In this document: in pieces, positions 36,996 through 45,732 of the stretch | Layout: each line of letters begins with the position of its first letter | Position numbering within the stretch: the stretch's first letter is position 1 | Assembly: GCA_902779285.1 (NCBI GenBank) | Contig: CACZAZ010000002.1 | Coordinates: 1 to 55,587, forward strand | Direction: 5' to 3' | Origin: an uncultured Ruminococcus sp. | Lineage (GTDB): Bacteria > Bacillota > Clostridia > Oscillospirales > CAG-272 | DNA: 55,587 nucleotides | The notes under the pieces: generated by a model | Databases searched by the model: none | What the model was told of the DNA's origin: nothing | The model's input: only the letters and a program-made list of their open reading frames with translations | Translations under genes and position numbers: made by a program

Positions 36996-37651
36996 ATATC
37001 GTCATAACGGGTTCGTCCCGCGGGATCGGGAAGGCGGTCGCGGAGCGGTTCCTCTCACTCGGGCATACGGTATTCGGGATCGATCTATTGCCCGCTTCGA
37101 TCCGGAACGAACGCTATTTACACACCGTCGCAGACGTGCGCGACGCCGCCTCGCTGCCCGATATTCCCTCCGTCGATATCCTCTTTCTCAACGCGGGGAC
37201 GCAGAACGGGGAGAACGATATCGAAACCAATCTTATCGGCGCGATGAACGCAGCCGAAAAATTCTGTGCGTCGCCCGCCCTGCGCTCGGTGCTTTTCAAC
37301 GCCTCGGCGTCCGCCGTCACCGGGCAGGAGTTCCCCGCCTACGCCGCGTCGAAAGCGGGGCTCGTCGGGTATATGAAGAACCTCGCGATCAAACTCGCCC
37401 CGCGCGGCGTGACGGTCAACGCGATCTCCCCCGGCGGGGTCTTGACCGAGTCAAACGACCCCGTGACGAGCGATCCCGCCCTCTGGAAAAAGATCATGGA
37501 CGTCACGCCCCTCGGAAAATGGGCAACGGTCGACGAGATCGCGGACTGGGTGATCTTCCTGACGCTCACCAACCGCTCCATGTCGGGGCAGAATCTGCTG
37601 ATCGACAACGGGGAGAAGGATCTCTATCCCACCTTCGTTTGGAAAGACTGA
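36992..37651 (+). CDS. Classical short-chain dehydrogenase/reductase
   Basis: VITGSSRGIG, NAG, ASAS, YAASK, VNAISPG; ATGA overlap with the VUT gene. Confidence 0.9.
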   Translation: MNIVITGSSRGIGKAVAERFLSLGHTVFGIDLLPASIRNERYLHTVADVRDAASLPDIPSVDILFLNAGTQNGENDIETNLIGAMNAAEKFCASPALRSVLFNASASAVTGQEFPAYAASKAGLVGYMKNLAIKLAPRGVTVNAISPGGVLTESNDPVTSDPALWKKIMDVTPLGKWATVDEIADWVIFLTLTNRSMSGQNLLIDNGEKDLYPTFVWKD

Positions 37652-37692
37652 AACAAAAACGCGGCGCGCCGAACGGCGCGCCGCAAGTTTTC

Positions 37693-37789
37693 AGGGTCGA
37701 TTACGGGGCGTTATTAAGGGTCGATCGCGGGGGCGTTTTCAGGGTCGATCACGGGGCGTTTTTAAGGGTCGATCACGGGGTGGCGTTTC
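37693..37789. repeat. Four tandem 24-bp repeats
   Basis: AGGGTCGAT at 37693, 37717, 37741, 37765; consensus AGGGTCGATCACGGGGCGTTTTTA. Confidence 0.9.
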
Positions 37790-38111
37790 ATTCTGCCCTC
37801 GTGTATTTTTTGCAAACCTTGTGATACGCGAACACGGTCAGGGGGATCCCGATAAGGCAGCCCGCGAGGATGATCGCCGCCGCCGCGAGGCGATGGACGG
37901 TCCCGACGCCGGCAGCCGCGAAGAACGGGAGCGAGAAGCACGCCCAGATCGCGGCGTTCGCCCGGTTGAAACCGCGGACGTCCGACACCTCGGGTCCCGG
38001 GACGCCCGAAAAAAACCACATCGGGGTCTTGCGAAACCACGCGAAAAGAGCGAGCCCGAACAGGATCAGGGGGAGCGGCAGGGTCGCAGCCAGCCAGATG
38101 AAGGTCTCCAC
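37788..38111 (-). CDS. Small hypothetical membrane protein (3 TM)
   Basis: AAGGAG RBS with GTG start; hydrophobic segments. Confidence 0.7.
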   Translation of the reverse strand: METFIWLAATLPLPLILFGLALFAWFRKTPMWFFSGVPGPEVSDVRGFNRANAAIWACFSLPFFAAAGVGTVHRLAAAAIILAGCLIGIPLTVFAYHKVCKKYTRAE

Positions 38112-38121
38112 GCAAGTCTCC

Positions 38122-38922
38122 TTACTTGCCGAGCGAAACGATCCGCTGCAAACGCTCGAAGGCGATCTTGAGATACTCGCGGTCGGGGGTGTCGGCGTAT
38201 TTGCCCTCGCGGAAAAGTTCGAGGGTCAGACTGCCCGCGTAGTCGGTCTTCCGCAGCCGCGTCATAATATCCGCGTAGTCGATATTGCCGTCAAAGGGCA
38301 TCAGGTGCGCGTCGGGGTCGGCGTAATAGTCGTTGTGGTCGCGCCCGAAATTGTCGTGGATGTGCGTGACCAGCAGGCGGTCGCCGTAGAAATCGAGGTA
38401 TTTCACCGTCTCGGTATAGCAATGCTCGTGTCCCCAGTCGTAGCAGAAGCCCACCCACGGATTCTGCTCGTATTTATCCATCAGAACCGCGAGATGCCCG
38501 AGCCGCCGCAGGTTTTCAAAAGCGAGTTTGACCTTCTTTTTGCCGGCGTAATCGACCAGAGCGTCGAAGCGTTCGTAGCCGATCCGCGAGATCTCGGGCG
38601 GGAACCAGCCGGACGAGACGTGCGTGACGATCGCAGGGATGCCCGCGCCCGCCGCCGCGTCGACCGAAAGGTAGATCCCGTCGAGCAGCGGTTTGCACGC
38701 GTCGCTTTCCAGCCAGATATCGTTGATCCCTCTCCACGGCGCGTGGAGCGAATCGCAGACGAGACCGAGTTTGTCGCACTTTTCACGGATCGCAAGGACG
38801 GTCTTCGGATCGTTATCCTCTGAGAAGACCGACTCGAATCCCGCGTCGCGGATCAGTTCGAGCGCGTCGATCTCCTTGACCCCCGAAAGGCAGGCAGCCG
38901 CGATCCCGAGTTTGTTTTTCAT
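38122..38922 (-). CDS. Sugar phosphate isomerase/epimerase (xylose isomerase-like TIM barrel)
   Basis: SLHAP, LAFENL, GFCYDWGHE, THIHDN, HLMPFDG, LTLE. Confidence 0.85.
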   Translation of the reverse strand: MKNKLGIAAACLSGVKEIDALELIRDAGFESVFSEDNDPKTVLAIREKCDKLGLVCDSLHAPWRGINDIWLESDACKPLLDGIYLSVDAAAGAGIPAIVTHVSSGWFPPEISRIGYERFDALVDYAGKKKVKLAFENLRRLGHLAVLMDKYEQNPWVGFCYDWGHEHCYTETVKYLDFYGDRLLVTHIHDNFGRDHNDYYADPDAHLMPFDGNIDYADIMTRLRKTDYAGSLTLELFREGKYADTPDREYLKIAFERLQRIVSLGK

Positions 38923-39118
38923 TTCGTTTTTCCTCTCTTTCGTCGTAGTCACGGCGTTTTCTTTTCGCTCCTATTATACCATTTTGCCGTGGAAAGTCAA
39001 GCGGAACGGGGTCGAAAAAACGAAACCGCACGCGGTTTTACGGCGCGTTTTCGGAAAATACTTGCGTTCACCCCCGGGACGTGGTATAATGTGGTGAAAA
39101 AGCAAAACGAGGTCCGTT

Positions 39119-39964
39119 ATGCAAAGAAGAGAAGACGAAGATATTTACGACCGCGCGCTCCGGGTCCTCCGGGGGAGCTTGATCCTGCAACTGACGATCT
39201 TTTTGATCATGGCCGCGCTCGGGTCGTTCATGATCTATCAGTCCCGCAAGTACGCGCCGATCGAACGGGAGGGCGCCGAAAGTTACGTCGGCTCGTTTGA
39301 GGAATACCGGAGCGAAGACCGCGTCCTCGCGTTTTCGGACGGCGCCGAATACCGGCTCTTCTCGGTCACCGCTACGGACGAACTCGAAACCGCCCTGAAC
39401 GGTTTGGAAAAAGGGACGGAACTGCGGCTTCTCGTCAATCCGAAGATCGACGACGTGATCGAGATACGGACCGCAACCGAGTATCTGTTGGACTTCGACG
39501 GATCCCAAGCCGCGATCTACGCCGACAGAAAGGATCTCTTCTGGATCGGCGTGATGTTTATCGGGCTGCCGCTGATCCTCCTGCTCCTACTTCAAATCGA
39601 ACGGATCGGCAAGAAAAAGGAGAAAAAGCGTCAACGCGTTCGCGACGGCAGGGCGAAAAAACAGAAGTTCCGGGGCAAAGGCACGCCGCCGCTGCGCGAC
39701 GCGGATATGACCAAACGCGGTCGGATCCTGCTCGAAGCGACCAAGGACAAATACGAGATCGTCTACCGCCGCCTGAAAAAGGTGAACGAGCTGATCGTCA
39801 ACGGGCGGGTCTACGACGAGATGAAGGCGGTGCTGGAGGTCGAACACACCCTCTCCGCCGAGATCGACGGTCACAAGATCGAGGCGGGATTACAGGAGAT
39901 CGGCACGATCAGTTTCATCCGCTTCGACGGGGAGACGCTGGCGGAGAAACGGCGCGTCATCTGA
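39119..39964 (+). CDS. Hypothetical membrane protein (2 TM plus soluble domains)
   Basis: Long ORF with GAGG RBS and TTGCGT-17-TATAAT promoter; no recognised family. Confidence 0.7.
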   Translation: MQRREDEDIYDRALRVLRGSLILQLTIFLIMAALGSFMIYQSRKYAPIEREGAESYVGSFEEYRSEDRVLAFSDGAEYRLFSVTATDELETALNGLEKGTELRLLVNPKIDDVIEIRTATEYLLDFDGSQAAIYADRKDLFWIGVMFIGLPLILLLLLQIERIGKKKEKKRQRVRDGRAKKQKFRGKGTPPLRDADMTKRGRILLEATKDKYEIVYRRLKKVNELIVNGRVYDEMKAVLEVEHTLSAEIDGHKIEAGLQEIGTISFIRFDGETLAEKRRVI

Positions 39965-40011
39965 TCCCCTTTCCGCAACAAAACAGAAACGTCCGCACGG
40001 TTTCGTGCGGA

Positions 40012-40209
40012 CGCGGTTTTTTTCTGCGGTTTTTCGCGGTTTTTGCGGTTTTTGCGGTTTTTCTGCGGTTTTTGCGGTTTTTCGCGGTTTCTTCTACGGT
40101 TTTTTCTGCGGTTTTTCGCGGTTTTTTCTGCGGTTTTTCTGCTGTTTTTCTGCGGTTTTTTCTGCGGTTTTTCGCGGTTTTCGCGGTTTTCGCGGTTTTC
40201 GCGGTTTTT
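40012..40209. repeat. 19-unit GCGG-T(4-7) array, mean period 10.4 bp
   Basis: T-tract starts at 40017, 30, 40, 49, 58, 69, 78, 88, 100, 112, 122, 134, 145, 156, 168, 178, 187, 196, 205; follows terminator-like hairpin GTCCGCACG/CGTGCGGAC. Confidence 0.9.
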
Positions 40210-41653
40210 ATTCGGTCGCCAAGCCCGCCGCAAGGCGGACGCAGCGGTAGCCGCCGTCGTAGTATCCCTGCCCCTTCAGTTCGGTGATCCGATCGCAGAA
40301 GTGCGGCAGGATCTCGCGGTCGGTGAGCAGGCGGTCGAGCGCCCGACGGAGATCGGGAAGTTCGGCGTACTCTCCCGTGGCGTCCCCGAACTCTCTGCCG
40401 TGGATCGCGCCGTAGACCTCGTGTCCCCCGATATGCTTCATAAAGAGTTTGGGAATCGGGTAGTAGGCGAGTTCGCTCGGCTTGGTGACCAAAAGATCGG
40501 ACACCGGCATCAGCAGATTGGTCGCGTAGACCGCCGAGAAAATATCGTCGTCGCAGATCAGCGTGACGCCCCGCGCCTCTCCTTCCCGGATCTCGGACGC
40601 GTAGCGCTTCAGCCCCTCGAAGTCGTTTCGGAAACAGCGCAGCCCGCCGAGCGCCCCGATCCGGGCTTTCAAGCGTTCGTACACCCCGGCGTGGTCGCCC
40701 GCGTTGAGGAACAGCGCCGCCTCGCCCCGTTCGACGTAGGGCGTCAGGTGTTCGATCATCCCGAGGAACAGGTCTCCCCCGGCGCCGGCACCCCCGACGT
40801 TGAGCAGGATCCGTATGGGTCCGCCCGACGCGATCCGCTCTTTGCGGAGGCGGTTATCCTCCTCGAGATCGCGGAGCAGTTCGTGGTCGACGTAGCAGCC
40901 GACCGCGTAAAGGTCGCTCTCCGGGATCCCTTTCAGGGGGGGTTTGGCGAATCCCTCGAGCGTTTTGTACCCGAGATAAGCGAACGGGGTCTGCACGGTA
41001 TGGATCGCGCCCTCGGACAGATGGAGTCCCATCGGCCAGTTGTCGGGGATCGCGTTGACGACGTGCGTCATACCGGCGTGGACCGCCGCCTGGCTCGGCC
41101 AAACGTGGGTGGCGATATAGGGCGTATCCTTGTCGATATGCGAAAAGAGCGGGACCAGCAGTTCGCTGTTTTTCTGATCCTTCGCGTTGTAGGTGATCTT
41201 CTTGAACCCCTCGGAGTTGAGCGGCTCCCAGATCAGCCGGTTGAACAGCCGCGATCTCTGCGAGATGCGGGAGGCGAGCGAGTACAGATCGTTCTGCTCG
41301 CGGATCATCTTCGACCCGGTCGCGTCGAACGAAGCGAGGTCGAGCCAATACGGGGTAAAGCCGAGCGCTCTCGCGCAGGACGCCATCGCGATCGAGATGC
41401 GGTAATGCCCGAAGCCCATCCGGATATTCCCGACGATCAGGGGCTTGCCGTCCATCGTCTCCGTCCCGTCTCCCGAGACGATATTCCGCGCCCCGATGTG
41501 CGAAAGCTGCCCGATCGGGGGGAACGCGAAGCGGTAGTCGGTCTTACTGTCGTCGCCGTATTTTTTCAGATATTTCGCCTTGGACTTTTCGGCTTTCTTC
41601 ACGGTTTTCCGGTCGATCGGATTGCCGAAAACGGTTTTCGTCCTGTCGGTCAT
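40208..41653 (-). CDS. GT-B-fold glycosyltransferase-like protein (MGDG-synthase/UgtP-like remote homolog)
   Basis: MGFGHYRI (cf. GxGH), IATHVW, LLNVGGAG, DLLVTKPSE, GGHE; ATGA overlap with GH36. Confidence 0.6.
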   Translation of the reverse strand: MTDRTKTVFGNPIDRKTVKKAEKSKAKYLKKYGDDSKTDYRFAFPPIGQLSHIGARNIVSGDGTETMDGKPLIVGNIRMGFGHYRISIAMASCARALGFTPYWLDLASFDATGSKMIREQNDLYSLASRISQRSRLFNRLIWEPLNSEGFKKITYNAKDQKNSELLVPLFSHIDKDTPYIATHVWPSQAAVHAGMTHVVNAIPDNWPMGLHLSEGAIHTVQTPFAYLGYKTLEGFAKPPLKGIPESDLYAVGCYVDHELLRDLEEDNRLRKERIASGGPIRILLNVGGAGAGGDLFLGMIEHLTPYVERGEAALFLNAGDHAGVYERLKARIGALGGLRCFRNDFEGLKRYASEIREGEARGVTLICDDDIFSAVYATNLLMPVSDLLVTKPSELAYYPIPKLFMKHIGGHEVYGAIHGREFGDATGEYAELPDLRRALDRLLTDREILPHFCDRITELKGQGYYDGGYRCVRLAAGLATE

Positions 41654-43287
41654 ATCAAAACACCCTTTCTCGTATTGTAAACGATCACGTCGTCACGCCC
41701 GGCGTGGGCGTAGGTGATCCGGATCGTATCTCCCTCTCTCCGGTAATTTTTGACGCGGGCGCCCCGGAAGAGCGACAGCGCGCGGGTGAGCAGATCGAGC
41801 TTCTCCCCGTCGTAGTCGGCAATATTGTCGCTCGTCATCAGCAGCCGCCCGAACAGAGCGTTCAGCGTGATCAAAGCCGTTCTCCTGTCAAAAGAGAGCG
41901 AGAGATTATCGTCGCGGAGCAGGAACACGTCGGGATCGCACCCGAAAAGCACGCCGTCGAAGAGCGAACGGTAGACGGTGTTCTGCAGCGTGATCTTGGT
42001 CGAGACGCGCTCGCGGTGCATAAAGCGCATAAACCACGCGTCGTCGAATTTGAGCGAAACGTCGGGTCCCACCCGCATATAATCGAACTTGCCCGCCGCC
42101 GGGAAGAGCGGCGCGCCGCACCCGAGGATCAGTTTGTCCCCGAGGCAATCGCGCAGGAAAGCGAAGGCGTCCGAGGCGACCTGCGCCCGCGTCCTTCCGG
42201 GATAGGTCGGCAGACACGCGGCGTAGAGGAAATCGAGTTTGAAGAAGTCGAAGCCCATCCCGGCGTAGTGCGCAAGACACTTCCGGATATAGTCCCGTGC
42301 CTCCCGGTCGTCCAGGTCGAGCGCGTAAAAGCCGCTCCAGTTCGAGCCGCAGACGATCGGCTGCCCGTTTTCATCCCTGCGGAACAGGTCGGGGCGCTCG
42401 GTGAACAGGCGGCTCCTGCTCTCCGCGACGAAGGGAGAGAGCCAGATCCCGGCACGGATGCCGCGTTCGTGCGCCCGCTCGACGAAGGGAGAGAGCCCGT
42501 GCGGGAACTTGACGGGATCGACGTCGAGCCAATCCCCGACGAAGGTCTCGTAGCCGTCGTCGATCTGGAACAGATCGAATCGCTCGTCAAGCGCCGCGAG
42601 ATCCCGCGAAAGGATCTCTTCGTTTACGTTCTGATAGTAGTTGTACCACGACGTATAGCCGAGCAGTTTTTCGGCTTTTCGGGGGGAAAACGCGTCCCGG
42701 AACGCCGAAACCCCCTCCGCGATCGACGGATACGAGAGGTAGTCGCAGAGCGTGAACTCCTCCCCCGCCGAAACCGCAGCCCCGTCGAGGTCGCTCGTCA
42801 ACGTCATCTTGCCCGTCGTGCGGTCGACTTCAAACAGAAGGAACGCGTTCTCGCCGTTCAGATTCGCGAAGAAGCATTCGCGCTCGCCGCGGCGGTAGAA
42901 CAGGTCGTAGCCGTGCAGGGTATTCTCGTCGTAGCGGTAGAACGAAGCGTCGCCGTAGCGGTCGAACGCGAAGCGAGAGAGCAGAAAGCGCGGGAGCCGG
43001 GTGACGTCGCGCTCCGTTTCGGAAAGATACGTCTCTTTCGTGTCGGTCCAGGACTGGTAGCCGTTCAGAAAGAACAGGTCGGACAGCCCGTCGCCCGTCG
43101 TCCCCGGAAGATCGTGTTCGGTCTCCCGGTAGGATCGCAGCGTCAGGTCGCGTTTTGCCCGCAGGGTGACGGTACGCCGCCCCGCTTCGTCGCGGATAAA
43201 GAGGGTCGCGTCGTCGTTTTCGATATTGCAGGAGAGCGTCCTATCCTCCCCGTCGACGCGATAGAACAGGTCGAAGACGCACCGCAT
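41650..43287 (-). CDS. Alpha-galactosidase (GH36-like)
   Basis: GYTSWYNYY, FQIDDGYE, KFPHGL, GIWLSPF, FKLDFLY (nucleophile), RVGPD (acid/base). Confidence 0.85.
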   Translation of the reverse strand: MRCVFDLFYRVDGEDRTLSCNIENDDATLFIRDEAGRRTVTLRAKRDLTLRSYRETEHDLPGTTGDGLSDLFFLNGYQSWTDTKETYLSETERDVTRLPRFLLSRFAFDRYGDASFYRYDENTLHGYDLFYRRGERECFFANLNGENAFLLFEVDRTTGKMTLTSDLDGAAVSAGEEFTLCDYLSYPSIAEGVSAFRDAFSPRKAEKLLGYTSWYNYYQNVNEEILSRDLAALDERFDLFQIDDGYETFVGDWLDVDPVKFPHGLSPFVERAHERGIRAGIWLSPFVAESRSRLFTERPDLFRRDENGQPIVCGSNWSGFYALDLDDREARDYIRKCLAHYAGMGFDFFKLDFLYAACLPTYPGRTRAQVASDAFAFLRDCLGDKLILGCGAPLFPAAGKFDYMRVGPDVSLKFDDAWFMRFMHRERVSTKITLQNTVYRSLFDGVLFGCDPDVFLLRDDNLSLSFDRRTALITLNALFGRLLMTSDNIADYDGEKLDLLTRALSLFRGARVKNYRREGDTIRITYAHAGRDDVIVYNTRKGVLI

Positions 43288-43288
43288 A

Positions 43289-44746
43289 TCAGTTCTCCTC
43301 CGTTTCGCCGGATCCGTTTTCGGGCGCGGTTTTCACTTCAGCGGTTTCGGGCGCGGGATCCTCCTTTACGATGGTACGCATAATTTTCTTCTCGTTATAG
43401 AAGGTCAGGAGCAGAGCCCCGAGCAGGCAGAACGCGATCGCGACGATCGCGACCCAGCGCAGCCCGAAAACCGACGCAGCAATGCTGTTGGGATCAGTTT
43501 CCTCTGTCCGGGTCGCGCGAAGGATCGCGAGCGAGGTGAAGACCAGCATCGCGATCGACTGCCCCCATTTCATAGCGAAGGTGCGGGCGGCGAAGAACAT
43601 TCCCTCTTTGTTCTCGCCGGTCACGCGGCCGTCTGCCTCGGCAACGTCCGCAACGATCGCCTGCGGGATGATGCCGAGCAGCGCCATCGGGAAGGCGGCG
43701 ATCACGCAGATAGCCACGCCGAAGACCGCGCCGGGCAGAATATTCACGTTGATCAGCGCCGTGATGAGGTACGCCAGCGCCAGACCGAGGAAGCCCGCGA
43801 TCGTCAGTTTTTTCTTGCCGAATTTGCGGGTCAGCCCAGAAACCATCGGATAGAAGGCGGCGGAAAGCACCGTCATCCCGCCCATAAAGTACATCGTCAT
43901 CGAAATACCGAGTTTCATCGAGGTCTGCACGAAGAAGGGCAGCCCCGTCTGGAAGAGCGTCAGCCCGATCCAGTACATAATATCCGAGCCGACGAAGACG
44001 CGGAACTCGCGGTTTTTGAAGGTGCTGCCGAGGGCGCGGAACATATTGACGCCGGAGGGCTTGGTCTCGACGAAATCCTTTTCGTGAAGAAGGAAGGTCG
44101 GGAGCAGCATACAGACGCACGCGATCGCGGCGAGGACGATGAAGCAGACGCGGTAGCTGCCGTTGAAGCCGAAAGACCCCTGCAGCATCCCGGCGAACAC
44201 CATCGGCGAGTAGGCGAGCAGCGTGCCGGCGAAGAAGGTCAGCGAGATGGCGGTCGAAATGAACATCCGGTCGTCCTGGGTCTTTCCGAACTCGGAGATC
44301 AGGGCGTTATACGGTGTGCAGTACATGGTCATAAACAGGTAGAACAGGATGATGAACACCGAGACCCAGACCACGTTCTTCGGGCTGATCCCGTCGACCG
44401 GAGCGCAGAAGAGCAGTACCGTCACGACGGACAGCGGGATCGCCGCGATCTGCATAAAGGGGATGCGCCTGCCCCGACGGCTCTTGCAGCGGTCGCTGAG
44501 ATTGGCGATCAGCGGGTCGGTCACGGCGTCGAAGATACGGCTCGCCGCGGTGATCAGCCCGAGGATCGTCAGAACGCCGAAGACGATCAAGCCCGGCTTG
44601 ATGAATTGGATCGCGCCGAGTTCGATATTCTCCTTGCTCGGGAGATAGAAGGTCACCAGCATCGCGTTGATGATCCCGCTGAGCGTGGACCATCCGAGTT
44701 GCCCCACGGCAAAAATGATCATCTGTTTTTTCGTCAGTCGTTTCAT
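43289..44746 (-). CDS. GPH-family MFS glycoside transporter (MelB-like)
   Basis: SRIFDAVTDPLIANLSDR..SRRGRRIPF, PYNALISE, AIVADVAEAD...EGMFFAARTF. Confidence 0.9.
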   Translation of the reverse strand: MKRLTKKQMIIFAVGQLGWSTLSGIINAMLVTFYLPSKENIELGAIQFIKPGLIVFGVLTILGLITAASRIFDAVTDPLIANLSDRCKSRRGRRIPFMQIAAIPLSVVTVLLFCAPVDGISPKNVVWVSVFIILFYLFMTMYCTPYNALISEFGKTQDDRMFISTAISLTFFAGTLLAYSPMVFAGMLQGSFGFNGSYRVCFIVLAAIACVCMLLPTFLLHEKDFVETKPSGVNMFRALGSTFKNREFRVFVGSDIMYWIGLTLFQTGLPFFVQTSMKLGISMTMYFMGGMTVLSAAFYPMVSGLTRKFGKKKLTIAGFLGLALAYLITALINVNILPGAVFGVAICVIAAFPMALLGIIPQAIVADVAEADGRVTGENKEGMFFAARTFAMKWGQSIAMLVFTSLAILRATRTEETDPNSIAASVFGLRWVAIVAIAFCLLGALLLTFYNEKKIMRTIVKEDPAPETAEVKTAPENGSGETEEN

Positions 44747-44822
44747 AATGCCACCCGATATCTTTTACCGATATCTTCTCCTTTCAGATGGGTCTGTCGT
44801 CTCCCCCGCGGGGAGGGAAAAA

Positions 44823-45428
44823 TCATTTTTTGAGCATATAGAGGAAGGTTTCGTTCAGCATCCGGATCTCGCCGATCTGATCGGTCAACTGATCCTGACG
44901 CACGATCCCGCCCTCCATCGCCAGCTTCTTCGCCAGCGCCAGCACGGCGTGGGTCGTCGTATAGTAGAACAGCGAGGGGTCCCGGATCTCGCGGACGCTC
45001 CCGTCCTGCAGCCCTTCGTTATAGGCGGCAAGATACGCGTCGCGGAAGACGTCGAGGTTGTCGGAATACTCGTCCAGCCCCTTGACCCGCTGTTCCACGC
45101 AGAATGCGTCGAACTCGTAAAGGAAGCGGTAGAGTTCGGGACGGAAGGCGAACAGATCGACGTAGGAAGCGTAGAACTTGACGAGTTTGGTGTAGCCGTT
45201 GACCGGCTTGCTCTCCCTGAGGAAGTACTGCGCCACCTCTCCCTGCAGTTTCAGGGCGACGGCGACGATCAGCGACGATTTTGCCGAGAAATAGCGGTAG
45301 ACCGTCGCCTCCCCGACCCCCGCCTCCTGCGCGACGTCGCGCACCGTAACCTGCGACAGCGGGCGGGACAGAAACAACTTGGTCGCCGTGTCGACCACGT
45401 AGTTCCGTTTGGCGTCCATTACAGACAT
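44823..45428 (-). CDS. TetR/AcrR family transcriptional regulator
   Basis: VTVRDVAQEAGVGEATVYRYFSAK HTH. Confidence 0.92.
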   Translation of the reverse strand: MSVMDAKRNYVVDTATKLFLSRPLSQVTVRDVAQEAGVGEATVYRYFSAKSSLIVAVALKLQGEVAQYFLRESKPVNGYTKLVKFYASYVDLFAFRPELYRFLYEFDAFCVEQRVKGLDEYSDNLDVFRDAYLAAYNEGLQDGSVREIRDPSLFYYTTTHAVLALAKKLAMEGGIVRQDQLTDQIGEIRMLNETFLYMLKK

Positions 45429-45521
45429 TTGCGTTTCTCCTTTCGTATTCCGCGGCCGTCCGCCCGTTTTTGCGGTTTTTTCGTGCGATCCGCGGTTTTT
45501 GTGACCTTTTCGCTATCAAAC

Positions 45522-45569
45522 TGATAGATAGTCTATCATTATTATAGCAAGACTTCTATCATCTGTCAA
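45522..45569 (-). promoter_or_regulatory. Promoter and palindromic operator of the TetR operon
   Basis: Minus strand TTGACA (45564-45569)-17-TATAAT (45541-45546); TGATAGA-N3-TCTATCA at 45522-45538; extra TCTATCA half-site in the spacer. Confidence 0.8.
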
Positions 45570-45732
45570 GGGGGGACGATCATTTTTTTCGCGGCGTCGG
45601 AAAAGATGCGAACGGTCGCGTCAACCGGCGGCGTCCGTTTTGGCGCTTTTCCCCCTCAAAAGGGTTGCAAAAACCGCTTTTTTCGAGTATAATGGTAAGA
45701 AAAAGCCGACGTTATTTTGTGAGGTGACGGGC

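Noticed and set aside
37693-37789. CRISPR array interpretation of the 24-bp repeats (also considered for 29634-29775 and 54657-54774)
   Set aside because: The 24-mers are contiguous with no spacers; the hairpin arrays have 6-7-nt constant parts only; no cas genes in the window.
39871-40233. K/R/N-rich ORFs across the T-tract array (e.g. NRENRENREKPQKK)
   Set aside because: Low-complexity translations of a repeat with variable, non-triplet unit length; they overlap real genes and lack an RBS.
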